From NCBI GenBank assembly GCA_965178125.1, contig OZ237767.1, positions 682,001 through 746,000 on the forward strand: a stretch of DNA of 64,000 nucleotides, read 5' to 3'. The notes under the pieces were generated by a model. That model was not told the DNA's origin and searched no databases. It saw nothing but the letters and a program-made list of their open reading frames with translations. This DNA is from Bilabrum cf. latius (lineage: Eukaryota). The translations under genes and the position numbers were made by a program. Positions 42,322 to 56,178 of the stretch are shown one piece after another (the stretch's first letter is position 1; every line of letters begins with the position of its first letter).

Positions 42322-45300
42322 ATGAGTGTGAGTGTGCTCAGCATTGCAACTGCAGTTCAGTTCGCAACCGGTGCTCACTTACCTGATACCTCAACCGCTG
42401 CCGCTTCTAGAATACCAACTTATCTTGCAGTCATCAACCAGGCTAGCAGCAGCATTTGGAGGCGGCGGTGCTGGGCGCTACAGGCGGGCGAGGGGCGGGC
42501 AAGCACGGCGTCACGCCGGTGCATCGCACTCTACCAGCGCACCCTACCCGGATGCCAAGGTCTCTGCAGGAGCAGTGCGGCCCATGAATCATGGAAATGG
42601 CAGGGAGCGCGGTTTATACGGGGATTTACGAGCGCAAGACGAGCCAGGTGCCTCGAAGCGATCGGCCGTCGGAGGCTCTGGGCTTGCCGCTGTGCGCGGC
42701 ATGCGTGGCGGGGCCGCTGGGTAGGGAGCTCCACCGTCACCCATGCTGGCAAAGTAGCGAGCTCGGTTTAGCGGCAGCGGTCCCTCCGAAAGCAAAGGAG
42801 GCATCGGGGAGGGGAAGGAGGATGGCGATGTCGGTGGTTTTGGGCCGACCGCAGGCGCGCAGGGCAGGCGGCTGGTGCGCGCCCCTGCGCAAGCCGATGA
42901 CGCCTCTGCCGCCGCTGCGATCCGCCGCGCGCGCACCAAGGCCAGCGAGCCCAAAGTGTTCGTGCCGCATCGCCGAGTACCTGGCACCGCCCCTCGCAAG
43001 CTGGAGGTGGAGCGGCGCCGTCGCGAGTTCGCGGCTATGGACCTCGAGGCGCTGCTCAGGGAACAAGGGGTGGACTACAGCAAGCCGGGAGCCGGGCGTG
43101 GAGAGGGCAAGGGTTCCCCCCTCCCTCTGGAGGCCTTCGATTCCTCCGACTTCGAGTGCAGGGAGCCAGCCGAGTGGGCACTCCTGGGGCGGGCGGCGGC
43201 GGCGGCGGCGCAGGCGGAGGCCGCCCCGGTGCGGGCGGAGGACCTGGACGCGGACGGGGACGAGGCTGAGGCCGCGGAGCGGGCGGGGCAGAGAGCGGCC
43301 GCCACGGCGCTGGCCGAGGCCGGGAGCGGGGACAGGATTGACGCGGGGCCCGCGGGTGTGCCCTGCCGCGCCGTCGTGCGCGGAGGTGACGGGAGCGGGG
43401 CATACAGGCGAGCCCTGGTGCGCGCCTACTTGCGCAACGAGGACTGCTTCGAGGTGGAGTTCGTCCGGGAGGGCGCTGGGGCGGCGGCTCAGTCGAGCGA
43501 TGCCGGGGGCCAGGACCGCGTGCTGCTTCCCCGGGTGGACCTGTGCTTCGACGGAGAGGACCCGAGGATATACGCGGCCAGGGTGGGATTCGCGCACAAG
43601 GCCCGGGAGGAGGCGGGGCTGCTGCTGCGGTACCACCTGTACGTGGACTGCATGCCCACGGATGACATGCCCGGGCTCGCGGCACAGCAGATCACACGCG
43701 TGCTCACTTCGGCACTGGCCACGCCCACGCTGCGGGCCTCCATCCACGAGGCCACGGCAGCGGCGAGCAGGGCGAGGGGAGCGCCGCCAGCCGGTGGGGC
43801 GGGCGGGGACGATGTGGCCAGCCGTGCCACGGCTTTGCTGCACGAAGCCGTGGAGGATTTCCGCCGGTGCATGAACAAGCTCGTGTTCGACCGAGCACTG
43901 CGTCACACCCCACACGAGGGCCTGCTACCGCTCGTCAAGCTGCCTGTCTCGCACCCTGCGCTGTCGTCGGATGCCGCCTCGGTGCCTTCCTCCGGCGACG
44001 GGGGCCCGCTCTCGGAGGCGTCCCGCCGGGCGGCGGCAGCCGTGTCCCTGACTGCGGCCTACCAGCAGGCAGCGCCCAGGCCCGGGTTCAGCGGCCTGCG
44101 CCCCGTCCCGGCGCACGACTTCCAGGGCAGCTTCTCGCGGTTCACTTTCCACTCGTTCTTCACCAAGGTAGAGGCGGCCACGGCGCTGCTGAGGGTGCGC
44201 AACGAGTGCAACGCCAGGCTGCTGGGGCCCGCAGGCTTCCTGGACACGGGCGACGCCAAGCCCTCTCGACTGGAAGAGTTCTTGGCCTCGCAGGAGGCCG
44301 CCACGCGGCAGTTCTCGCAGATGCTGCGGGAACAGTGGATCGCACAGTGCCGGTCCCACGTGCGGCACTGTTTGGGCCCCGTGGGCAAAGGTGACTACAA
44401 CATCCACGAGTCCAGAGTGGAGACGTACCGGCTGTCCAAGCTTCGGCGGCTGCTGCTCACCATCAACTTTATCACGGCAGACACCCTGCTCACGTGCTCT
44501 CAGCGGCAAGTAGAGCGCTGGCTGGGCTTCATCCGCCGCGCCTGCGAGGCCAAGGTGGACGTGCAAAGCGCCTCGGACGTGGTGAATGATTTCTCGGACA
44601 CTTCGCGCGACGACGCTGACGCGACGCACAAGCAGTTCACCAGGAAGCCGCTCTTTGCGGTGGACGTGAGCGTCGTGGAGGTCGAAGAAGAGCCGGAGCA
44701 GGACGAGGAGGGGGCCGACGAGGAGGGCGGCAGCGCCACTGGCATCTAGGAGGCCAAGTCAGACGGCGGGGCTGCCAGCGGGCTGGACGCTGGCGAGCCC
44801 GAGACATTCTTGCAGATGCAGTACTCGACTCCGCCGGAGAAGCTCGCGGATGCGCCCGCGGACGTGCTGCTGCGAGGTCTGCGGTCCCTGTCCGGGGTGC
44901 CCCAGGTGGAGCGGCTGGTCATGGACCGCCTTCTGTGGGCGCACGACCCTACGGTGCCTTCTCCGCATCCCAGCGAGGACTGGATCGAGAGTGCCGTGAG
45001 CGAGGTCAGGGACCTCATGCAAGCCTCGCTGGTCCCTCTGGAGCGGTACCGCGCGTTGATCGACGAGAAGTACCAGGACCTGCTCAACATGGACGTGAAT
45101 GCCGAGATCGAGGCGCTGGCCAAGAAGCACGGTGTGGATCTCAGCGGTGGCAAGAACAAGAAGAGGAAGCAGCAGCAGGCACAGGCGGGCGAGGAGGATG
45201 AGGAGGACGAGGAAGAGGAGATGGGGGACGAGCCCCAGTTCGACCTCCGGCAGCTGCTCTCGCTCGCGCGCAAGCACCGCCGCGAGGCCGAGGCAGTCTC

Positions 45301-48300
45301 GAACGACCTGCCCGCCAGTCCTGTGGTGGTGGGTCCGTTCCTGGTGAGCGCCTCGGCCGTGAGGACGCGGCTGATCGAGACGCACCGCAAGATGGAGGAG
45401 AGGGTGGTGGATCTAATCGCTCTCAACGCGCAGGCCGTCTCTCAGTCCATCGTGGCCGAGTACAAGGCCATTGACAAGAGGCTTGCACAAGCAGCCAAGG
45501 ACATCGAGGAACTTACGGATCTCAAGAACGACGCCGAGAAGGTGCCTAACAAGGTGAAGGCGCTGCAGAAGAAGTCCGAGGATAACGATGCCTGCTATAG
45601 GTCTCTCAACGAGCTGCGACGCAGGCTCCCACGCGACCAGTTCAACCTTCAGTGGACGGTCAAGCGCTGGCCTCAGCTGATCGAGGACCGGCTGGAGCAG
45701 GCCGCAGACGCCCAGGCGGCGGCGCAGGAGACGTACCTCGGCGACATGGAGCGCGAGCAGCAAGCCTTCGAGGAGCACCTGTCGTCGATCCACGCCGAGG
45801 TGCAGGCGCTCACCGCCGAGCATGACATCGCCAAGGTGACCGTGGTGGCGCAGCAGGCGGCCAAGATCCGCAAGAGTATCATGGATGCCAAGGAGAAGTC
45901 TCAGACCTTCAACATGCGCGAGATGCTGTTCGGGCGGGACCAGACGGACTACCAACGCGTGGCGGACATCGCCAAGCAGTTCGAGCCCTACGGGATGCTG
46001 TGGGAGACTGCGAGCGCGTGGACCGAGCAGCACGACACGTGGATGAACGGCCGCTTCACGAACCTGGACGGCGAGGAAGTGGAGCGGGAGCACGGGCGTG
46101 CCTACAAGAACATGGCCAAGGCCGTGCGCACGTTTGAGAGGATGGGCAAGCAGGGCTGCCTCGAGGTGGCGCAGTCCATACGCGAGTCGGTGGAGCAGTT
46201 TAAGCCGCTGGTCCCCGTGGTGCAGATGCTCCGCTCGCCGGGGATGGAGTCGTACCATTGGGAGGAGCTAGCGGAGAAGATCCTCAAGGTGGACAAGGCC
46301 GAGGTGGACCCGTCCAGCGAGGCGTTCACCCTGGCCAAGTGCGTGGAGATGGGCGTGGAGGAGCACGCCGAGGAGGTGCAGCGCCTCGGAGAGCGGGCAG
46401 GCAAGGAGTACCAGATCAAGAGCGCCTTGGACCAGATGATGGACGCCTGGAAGCCCATCAACCTGGTGATCCAGCCCTACCGCGAGACGGGCACGTGCAT
46501 CCTGCACGAGTTCGATCTCTACCTTCAGCTGCTTGATGAGCACATCACTACGACGAGCGCCATGGCCTTCTCCCAGTTCAAGGCCAGGTTCGAGGACAGG
46601 ATCAACGAGTGGTCTGCGCAGCTCACTCTAGTGTCGGACGTGCTGGACGAGTGGATTAAGGTGCAGCGGTCCTGGATGTACCTGTAGCCCATCTTTGACT
46701 CCGCCGATATCCAGAAGCAGCTGCCCAAGGAGTACAAGCGGTTCTCCACGGTTGATAAAAACTGGCGGGCCACCATGGACGCTGCGAGGAGGAACCCGCT
46801 GTGCATCGAGTTCTGCAACCAGCGCAAGGTGCTCGAGCGCTTCCAGGAGTCCAATACGTTCTTGGACCTGGTGCAGAAGCAGCTCAGTGACTACTTGGAA
46901 ACGAAGAGGATCGCCTTCCCCCGCTTCTTCTTCCTCTCCGACTCGGAGCTGCTGGACATCCTCTCGTCTACCAAGGACCCCCGCGCCGTGCAGGATCACT
47001 TGAAGCGCTGCTTCGAAGGCCTCAACAAGGTCGAGTTCGGGGAGGACAACCTCATCGTTGCGCTCAAGTCGGAGCAAGGCGAGGTGGTTCCGTGCGCGCA
47101 GCCCGTGGATCCCAAGGGCAAGAACGTGGAGCACTGGATGACGGACCTGGAGAACGAGATGCGCCAGTCGATCAAGACGGTCATGCTGGGGTGCATCATC
47201 GACTACGACCAGCGGGCTCGCGTGGATTGGATTCAGGGATGGATCACTCAGTGCGTACTGAACGGTTCACAGACGCAGTGGACCCGCCTGATCGAGGACC
47301 GGCTCAGGGACAAGGGCGCAGAGGGCATCAAGGAGGCACTGGAGGTGCAGAAACTGCAGCTGGCCGACATGGTCAAGCTGGTGCGCGGCAAGCTTGGCAA
47401 GATGCTGCGCAAGACAATGTCCGCTCTGACCGTTGTGGATGTGCACGCCCGCGATGTGACGGCTCGGCTGGTGAAATCCGGCGTGAAGGACGAGAACGAC
47501 TTCGAGTGGATCTCGCAGATGAGGTACTACTGGCATGGAGAGGGCGAGGGCGGGCACGGCGTGCCCTACGAGCTGGATGATGAGGGCAAGAGCATCCGCG
47601 CGGACATGGCGGGGGACCTCTTCGTCATGATGGTGTCTTCCAACCGGCCGTACGGGTACGAGTTCATCGGGGACACGGGTCGGCTGGTCATCACCCCGCT
47701 CACGGATAAGTGCTACCTCACTCTCATGGGTGCGCTGCAGATGAACCTTGGAGGTGCCCCGGCTGGGCCTGCGGGCACCGGCAAGACAGAAACGGTAAAG
47801 GACCTGTCGAAGGCCCTGGCGAAGCAGTGCGTGGTGTTCAACTGCTCCGACGGCCTCAACTACCTGGCCATGGCCAAGTTCTTCAAGGGTCTTGCTTCTT
47901 GCGGTGCCTGGGCGTGCTTCGATGAGTTCAACCGGATCGACGTGGAAGTTTTGTCGGTGGTGGCGCAGCAGCTCATGGAGCTGACCGCCGGCGTGCAAGC
48001 TGGCCTCAAGAGTATGCGATTCAGCGACACGGAAATCACGCTGTCGGATGGATTCTGCTCTTTCATCACCATGAACCCCGGGTATGCCGGACGAACCGAG
48101 CTGCCCGACAACCTCAAGGCCCTGTTCCGTCCCGTGGCCATGATGGTGCCCGACTACGGCCTTATTGGCGAGATCATGCTGTTCTCTTTCGGGTTTGAGC
48201 AGGCGCTGCAGTGCGCACGCAAGATGGTGGCCACTTTCAAGCTGTGCTCCGAGCAGCTGTCCAGCCAGGACCACTACGACTACGGAATGAGGGCGGTGAA

Positions 48301-51300
48301 GACGGTCATCACGGCGGCAGGCAACCTGAAGCGGCAGGACCCCGACATGGACGAGCAGACTCTGCTGTACCGCGCACTGCAGGACGTGAACCTGCCCAAG
48401 TTCCTGGCGCATGATCTGCCCCTATTCGAGGGCATCATGAGCGACTTGTTTCCTGGCACGGAGCGGCCCAAGATTGACTACGGCGATTTGCTGAAGGCCA
48501 TCACGCTGTGCACCGAGCAGCAGGGGCTGCAGCCGGTGCCTATTTTCTTGACGAAGACCAGGCAGCTTTACGAGACGGTCGTGGTGCGACACGGTCTCAT
48601 GGTGGTTGGGCCCACTGGCGGTGGCAAGAGCTGCATCATCCGGGTGCTTCGGGATGCCTTGCGCATGATGAAGGCGCACAACCGGACTGGGCCCAAGGTG
48701 GAGCACGTGGAGGCGTACTTCATCAACCCAAAGAGCATCAAGATGGAGCAGCTGTACGGCGCGTACGACCCCAATACCCAGGAGTGGCAGGATGGCGTGC
48801 TTGCTGGCATGGTGCGCAAGTGCGCAGATGCTCAGACCACGGCTCTAAAGTGGATCGTGTTCGATGGGCCGGTGGACGCCATCTGGATTGAGAACATGAA
48901 TACGGTGCTCGACGACAACAAGAAGCTTTGCCTGAACTCGGGCGAGATCATCCGTCTCAGTGAACCGATGACGATGATGTTCGAGGTGGAAGACTTGGCC
49001 GTGGCGAGTCCTGCGACCGTTTCTCGATGCGGCATGGTATACACTGAGCCCAAGAGCCTCGGGTGGGACCCCATCGTGCAGTCATGGCTGCGCAGCGAGG
49101 GATCGCTCCCGGAGTGCTTCACAGACGGCATGCGCGCCACTTTGCTTCGGCACTTCGATCTCTTCGTGCCTGGCACGCTGTATTTCCTGCGGCGGTATCT
49201 CACGGAGCCAGTGCCGTCGGTAGACAACCAGCTGGTGCGTGGGCTGTGCAACGTGATGGACACATTCTTCGAGCCCTACTTTGAGAAGGAGGGTAGGGAC
49301 AGGCCCACAAAGGCCCGTGTGCAGCGGCTAGCAGATGATCTCCCGGCCCTGTTCATGTTTGCCCTAATCTGGAGCATCGCATGCACCACGAATGACGAAG
49401 GCAGAAAACGCTTCAACGCCTATCTGCGCGCGGAGATGCGTTCTGTAGGATTTGACGTTCCGTTGCCAGCAGACGGTCAGATTTATGACTACTGCTTCTT
49501 GCGGCCTGGAGAGGAGCTGGGTGAGTCCAACGCCGACGAGGAAGGCGGCGCCGGGGGCGGAGGCGCCTCTCGGTGGGTGCCTTGGATGGAGACTGTTGAC
49601 GAGTACAGGTTCCCGCAGGGCAAGTACGAGTTCGCCGACCTGATCATCCCCACCAAGGACTCGGTCCGGTACAAGTACCTGGCCAAGCGGCTTCTGGCCA
49701 ACAACAAGTTCGTGCTCATGACGGGGCCTACGGGGACTGGCAAGACTGTCAACATGGTGGAGTTGCTGTCCATGGAATTCCCCAAGATGGGCAACTACTA
49801 GCAGATCCAGCTCACCTTTAGCGCCCAGACGAGCGCCAATCAGACGCAGGACCTGATCGATGCCAAGATGCAGAAGAGGCAGCGCGGTGTGTACGGCCCC
49901 ATGGCCGGCACCTACTATGTGCTCTTCGTGGACGACCTGAACATGCCTTAGAGGGAGGAGTACTTCGCACAGCCTCCCATCGAGCTGCTGCGGCAGTGGT
50001 GCGACTACAAGGGCTGGTACGACCGCAAGGAGCGCACATTCCGCAAGATAATCGACACAGTGCTGCTGGCTGCCATGGGCCCACCGGGCGGAGGCCGGAA
50101 CCCGATCACGGCTCGCATGGTGCGGCAGTTCAACATGATCAACCAGACGGAAATGGACCACGAGAGCATGGCACTGATTTTCGGGACGATTCTTCGCAAC
50201 TTCTTGCAGAGCAAAGGCTTCGACGATTCGATCCAGTCAATGGTGGACGCCACCATCACCAGCTCGACGGCCATCTATGAGACGGTGCAGGTCGAGCTAC
50301 TGCCCACGCCAAGCAAGCCGCACTACACGTTCAACCTGCGGGACATGGGTAAGGTCTTCCAGGGAATCCTGATGGCAGACACCAAGACCACACTGGACGG
50401 GCGAGACTTCCTGCGCCTGTGGGTACACGAGTGCAGGCGCGTGTTCGCCGACCGCCTCATCAACGATCAGGACAGGTTGTGGTTCGATCGGAAGCTCAAG
50501 GGCTTGGTGGAATCCGAGTTCAAGCGGTCCTGGGACGAGGATGTCCGCACAGCCGCGGACGGAGAGGTGGAGGAGGGTGGCGAGGACGAAGATGCATCGC
50601 ACATTCCCAAGATCATCTTTGGGGATTTCATGACCACGGACCCGGACGCTCGCAAGTACGAGGAGATCAAGGACCTGAGCAAGCTGCAGCCCGCCATCGA
50701 GGAGTACCTGGGTGACTACAACGGTGAGTCGAAGAACCCAATGCACCTGGTCATGTTCCTGGACGCCATGCAGCACGTAGCACGAATTGCAAGGGTGCTT
50801 CGGCAGCCCCAGGGCAACGCTCTCTTGCTGGGAGTGGGCGGGTCAGGGCGTTAGAGCCTCACTCGACTGGCCACGTTCATCGGAGATTTCCAGCCGCGGC
50901 AGGTCGAGATCAGCAAGGGGTACGGCCAGGCGGAGTGGCGAGACGACCTCAAGGATATCCTCATGAAGGCTGGCGTGGAGGAGCAGCGCACTGTATTTAT
51001 CTTCAACGACACGCAGATCGTGTTTGAGAGCATGCTGGAGGACATCAACTCCATCCTCAACTCGGGCGACGTGCCCAACCTGTACGCAGACGAAGACATT
51101 GCCACCATCACTTCCGCGGTGAGGCGCGAGACCATGAACCGCGGCCTGACCCCTGATCCGATCAACATGTTCCAGACGTACTTGCGCCGCGTGAAGCGGA
51201 ACATCCACGTGGTCATGTGCATGAGTCCGATGGGTGATGCGTTCCGGGAGCGGCTCAGGATGTTCCCCGCTCTGGTCAACTGCTGCACCATCGACTGGTT

Positions 51301-54300
51301 CTCGGAGTGGCCCGATGAGGCTCTGCAGAGCGTAGGTATGACCGCGGTGACGGGTGACAACGACGCCAAGCTCGGCGACCACGTGGACTCTGTGGTGGAG
51401 TTCTTCCGGATTGCGCACCAGACGGTCGCCAAGGCCTCGGCTGACTACCTGGAGAGCCTCCGCAGGTTCAACTACGTGACACCCACCAGCTACCTGGAAC
51501 TGCTGAACACCTTCAAGTCTGTGCTGGAACTGAAGCGGGAGCAGGTCGGCACGCTGCGCACCAGGCTCAAGAAGGGGCTAGACGCGCTCATCAAGGCCGC
51601 CGAGAACGTCGCCACGCTGCAGGTGGAACTCACTGAGAAGCAACCCAAGCTCAAGTAGAAGTCCACCGAGGTGAGCGAGATGATCGTGAACATCAACGCC
51701 AGGAAAGAGGCAGCGGCGACCACGCGGGAAGCCGCAGCAAAGGCAGAAGCAGAGGCCTCCGAGCTGGCCACCAACACGAAGGCGATCGCTGATGACGCAC
51801 AGGCAGACCTGGACAAGGCTCTGCCGGCGCTGGACGACGCCGTGCGGGTTCTAAATCAGCTCAAGAAGTCCGACCTGGATGAGCTCAGGAGCGTGAAGAC
51901 ACCCGGCAAGGGCGTTGTGCTTGCGATGCACGCCGCCTGCTTGCTCTTCTCTATCAAGCCTAAGGTCGTCAAAGACCCGGCTGGGGGCCCAGGCGCCAAG
52001 AAGATCAAGGATTTCTGGGAGCCAGCCAAGAAAGAGCTGCTGTCAAACGCGAAGCAGTTCATCTCGGACATGAAAGACTTTGACAAGGACAGCATCGGCG
52101 ACGACACTATCGAGCAGCTGCGGCCCTTCATGGACGACCCCAACTTCGAGCCGGACGCTGTGGCCAAGTCGAACCAGGCGGCCATGGGCGTCTGCAAATG
52201 GGCCAGGGCCATGTTTCTGTACGCCACCATCGCCAAGGAGGTGGAGCCCAAGCGGTAGCGACTGGCAGCTGCTCAGGCGGACCTGGACAAGGCTACTGCG
52301 CAGGCAGACAAGGCTCGGGCGGAGCTCAAGGAGGTGGAGGACGAGCTGGCGGAGCTCAATCGCAAGTACGAAGCGGCCGAGGCAGAAAAGAAGCAGCTGC
52401 TGGAGGACGTGCAGCAGTGCGAGGCGCGGCTTGAGAGGGCCCAGAAGCTGATCGGCGGTCTAGGTGGGGAGCGGGACCGCTGGACCACCACGGTGGCACA
52501 GCTGACGCAGGACTATGAGAACGTGATGGGGGATGCGCTGGTGGCAGCGTCAAGCATCTCCTACTTGGGTGCCTTTACGAGCGATTTCAGGTCCAATTTG
52601 GTGGCACAATGGCGGGGGGAGCTCAAGCGGTTGGAGGTGCCGCACTCGGAGGGATGCGACCTGCGCAGCACGTTGGCCGATCCCGTGAGGGTTCGGGCAT
52701 GGAACATTGCAGGCTTGCCCGCAGATGCGCACTCGGTGGAGAACGGCATTATCATGGATCAGGCTCGCAGGTGGCCCCTGATGATCGACCCTCAAGGACA
52801 GGCAAACCGCTATGTCAAGAATATGGGCAAGGACAAGCAGATGGCACCGAACGACATGGATGTGCTCCGTTCGAACGAAAAGAAGTTTGCCTAGAACCTT
52901 GAGAACGCCGTCCGGTTCGGCAAGTGGGTGTTGCTTGAGAACATCGGCGAGAAGCTTGACGCGCTGCTGGAGCCCATCCTGCTGCAGAGCACGTTTAAGA
53001 TGAACGGAGCCGACATGATCAAGCTGGGCGACTCGGTGATCCCTTACAACGACGACTTCCGATTCTTCATGACCACAAAGCTGCCTAACCCGCACTACCC
53101 GCCAGAGGTGGCCGTGAAGGTGTCGCTGCTGAACTTCACCATCACGCCTGGGGGGCTTGAGGACCAGATGCTGGGTGTGTTCGTGGTGAATGAGCTGCCC
53201 GAGCTGGAGGAGCGCAAGACAACGCTCATGCTGGACAATGCGAGGATGAATCGGGAGCTGCAGGAGATCGAGAATAAGATCCTTTTCATGCTCTCCAACG
53301 CGGATGAAGACAAGATTCTGGACGACGTGGAGCTCATCGAGACGCTGGCCCAGTCGAAGATCACATCTCAGGAGATCTAGGAGCAGGTGCAGGCTGCCGA
53401 GTCCACGGAGAAAGAGATCGACGAAACCCGAGAGAAATACCGCCCGGTGGCTTTCCGCGCATCGCTACTGTACTTCGCCATTGCAGACCTGTCCAGCATC
53501 GACCCCATGTACCAGTACTCGCTGCCCTGGTTTACCGCTCTGTTCGTGCGAGGCATCCAGGATAGCGAGCCGGCGGAGGACGACATCCCGAAGCGCATCA
53601 CCAACCTGAATTCGTACTTCACCGGGCTCATGTACCGCAACGTGTGCAGGTCGCTCTTCGAGAGGCACAAGCTACTATTCTCTTTCCTTCTATGCCAGCG
53701 TATCATGGCCGGAGACGGCAAGATTGACCCGGAAGAGTGGCGCTTCCTCATCTCAGGGCAATCCACGGGGGAGGAGAAGGACGCCGAGGGGCTGCCGGAC
53801 GAGCCCCCAGTGGACCGCGATGGCATGGCCTGGGTCACCACGCGTACCTGGAAGGAGTTCAGGCAGCTGAATCGGCTGCCGGCCCTGAGCGGGATCGCCA
53901 GGAAGCTGCTCTAGTCACCAGAGGAGTACATGTCGATCTTTGACGCCGCCGATGGGCACCGGAAGCCAATACCTGCCTCTGCTCTCGATCTGATCAAGGC
54001 AAACACGCCTGAGGGCAAAGATCCACCGGAGGATGCCACGGGGCTGCAGCGCATGTGCATTCTGCGGGCGCTGCGGCCGGATCTATCCATGCTTGCGGTG
54101 CAGGACTTCGTGGTGTCCAACATGGGCAAGGAGTTCATCGAGCCCCCGCCCTTCGACCTGCAGGCATGCTACGACGACTCCAACGTGGCTTCTCCGCTCA
54201 TCTTTGTGCTTAGCACAGGGTCGGACCCTACCGCCGCCTTCTACGCGTTTGCTGAACAAGCCGGCATGCGCTCAAAGCTGGAGGGCATCTCGCTGGGTCA

Positions 54301-56014
54301 GGGCCAGGGCCCCCTTGCCTCTCGACTGATTGAGAAGGCACAGGCCAACGGCGAGTGGGTGCTGCTGCAGAACTGCCATCTTGCCAAGTCGTGGATGCCT
54401 GAGCTAGAGCGCATCTGCGAGGCAATTGACCCGGACCGCGTGAGCCCCGATTTCCGGCTGTGGCTGACGTCGATGCCCAGCAACGACTTCCCGGTGAGCG
54501 TGCTGCAGAACGGTGTTAAGATGACGAACGAGCCTCCCAAGGGCCTCCGCGCGAACATGCGCAACTTCTACCACGGGCTAACAGATGACGATCTACAGGT
54601 TACCAACCGACCGGATGCGTACCGCAAGCTCGTGTTCGGACTGGCGTTCTTCCACGCCAACATCCAGGAGAGGCGCAAGTTCGGACCGCTTGGGTGGAAC
54701 GTTCCTTACGAATTCAACGAGTCGGACCTGGACATTTCCAGGAGGTAGCTGGAGCTGTTCCTGGACGAGTACGAGAAGATCCCGTTCAGAGTGCTCAACT
54801 TCTTGACGTCGTACATCAACTACGGCGGGCGTGTGACGGACGACAAGGACCTCCGCACGATCGATGTGATTCTCAAGGACTACTTCTGCGCGCCTGCCAT
54901 GGAGGAGGGCTACGCCTTCTCTTCTTCCGGGGTCTACCACACGATCGAGGCAGACGAAGACGCCCCCCGCAAGAGCTATATGGACTACATCGATTCGCTG
55001 CCCATCAACGCGGACCCAGAGGTGTTCGGCATGCACGCGAACGCCAACATCACTTGCGATCAGAACGAGACGTTTGAGACATTCGACACGCTCATGTCGC
55101 TTCAGCCTCGGTCCGCTGCTGGCGGGGGCAAGTCCCGCGACGAGATCGTGATGGATGCTGCCACTGACATCTTCGACCGCCTGCCCCTGCCCTTCGACGT
55201 GGAGTAGATCTCCATGATGTACCCGGTTCGGTATGAGGAGTCCATGAACACCGTGCTGGTGCAGGAGTGCATCCGGTACAACAAGATCGTGCAGGTCATG
55301 CGCTCCTCGCTGGTGGACCTGCGCAAGGCGCTCAAGGGACTCGTGGTGATGAGCGGGGAGCTGGACGCGGTGGGGACCTCCATGGCGGCCCAGCGGGTGC
55401 CGACCATGTGGGAGGACCAGGCGTACCCCTCGCTGAAGCCACTGGCCCCCTGGACGGAAGAGCTGCTGCGCCGCCTCAAGTTCATCCAGGACTGGGTCGA
55501 GGGGGGCATCCCGGCGCACTTCTGGATCAGTGGGTTCTACTTCCCTCAGGCGTTCCTGACGGGCACTCTGCAGAACTATGCCAGGAAGTACCAGCTTCCC
55601 ATCGACACGCTGAGCTTCGATTTCAACATCGCGAAGGCTGCAGTTTCAGACATCACGGAGAAGCCAGCGGACGGTTGCTACATCCACGGCCTCTTCCTCG
55701 AGGGCGCTCGATTCGACCCGGACAAGGGCGTCTTGGCCGATTCAATGCCCAAGGTGCTGTACACTGAGCTACCAGTCCTTCATTTGGTTCCAGTTCAAGA
55801 CAGAAGAGAGCCAACGGAGGGTGTCTATCTGTGCCCAGTGTACAAGATCCTGAGTCGGCGTGGAACGCTCAGCACGACTGGCCACTCTACCAACTTCGTT
55901 ATGTGGATCGAGCTTCCTTCAGACAAGCCTACCATTGTTAACAACGTTGGGAAAGCAGATACTGACTACTTCATCAAGGCTGGGGTAGCGGCATTCTGTG
56001 CTTTGCGTTATTAA
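42322..56014 (+). CDS. DNAH1: Full-length axonemal inner-arm dynein heavy chain, DNAH1-like (~4,530 aa), 14 in-frame TAGs; probable first intron 42328-42430
   Basis: N-terminal [11 protein letters not shown]...LPLEAFD motif; P-loops [39 protein letters not shown]-terminus [12 protein letters not shown] single frame 42431-56014 is broken only by TAG at 42722, 42755, 44747, 46685, 49799, 49949, 50852, 51656, 52256, 52892, 53378, 53912, 54746 and 55205. The splice ATGAGT|GTGAGT...TTGCAG|TCA is in frame. The subtype is assigned from recalled motifs. Confidence 0.92.
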
Positions 56015-56178
56015 AGAACTGATTCAAGACTCTCAAGTTTTTTTTCTTCATTTTCACATTTCGTGAGTCGAGGATGCAACTATCAGAATACGCGATTGCG
56101 CGAATTAAAGGACTGCAAAGATCGAATGAACTGCTTGTATCCATACTAATCTTGTGACTCGAAGCACGTACTTATAGA

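Noticed and set aside
46685-55207. TAGs as 3' splice sites of tiny introns, pyrrolysine, or A-to-I editing to Trp
   Set aside because: Conserved motifs run straight through the TAGs with no extra sequence, and aligned residues are Gln rather than Trp or Lys. U-to-C editing cannot be excluded from DNA alone but is implausible at this scale in nuclear mRNA.
42322-56014. Dynein (and other genes) as pseudogenes with nonsense mutations, or C-to-T damage/sequencing error
   Set aside because: There are no frameshifts and the motifs are intact. All interruptions are TAG, whereas decay or deamination would also give TAA (from CAA) and TGA (from CGA/TGG).
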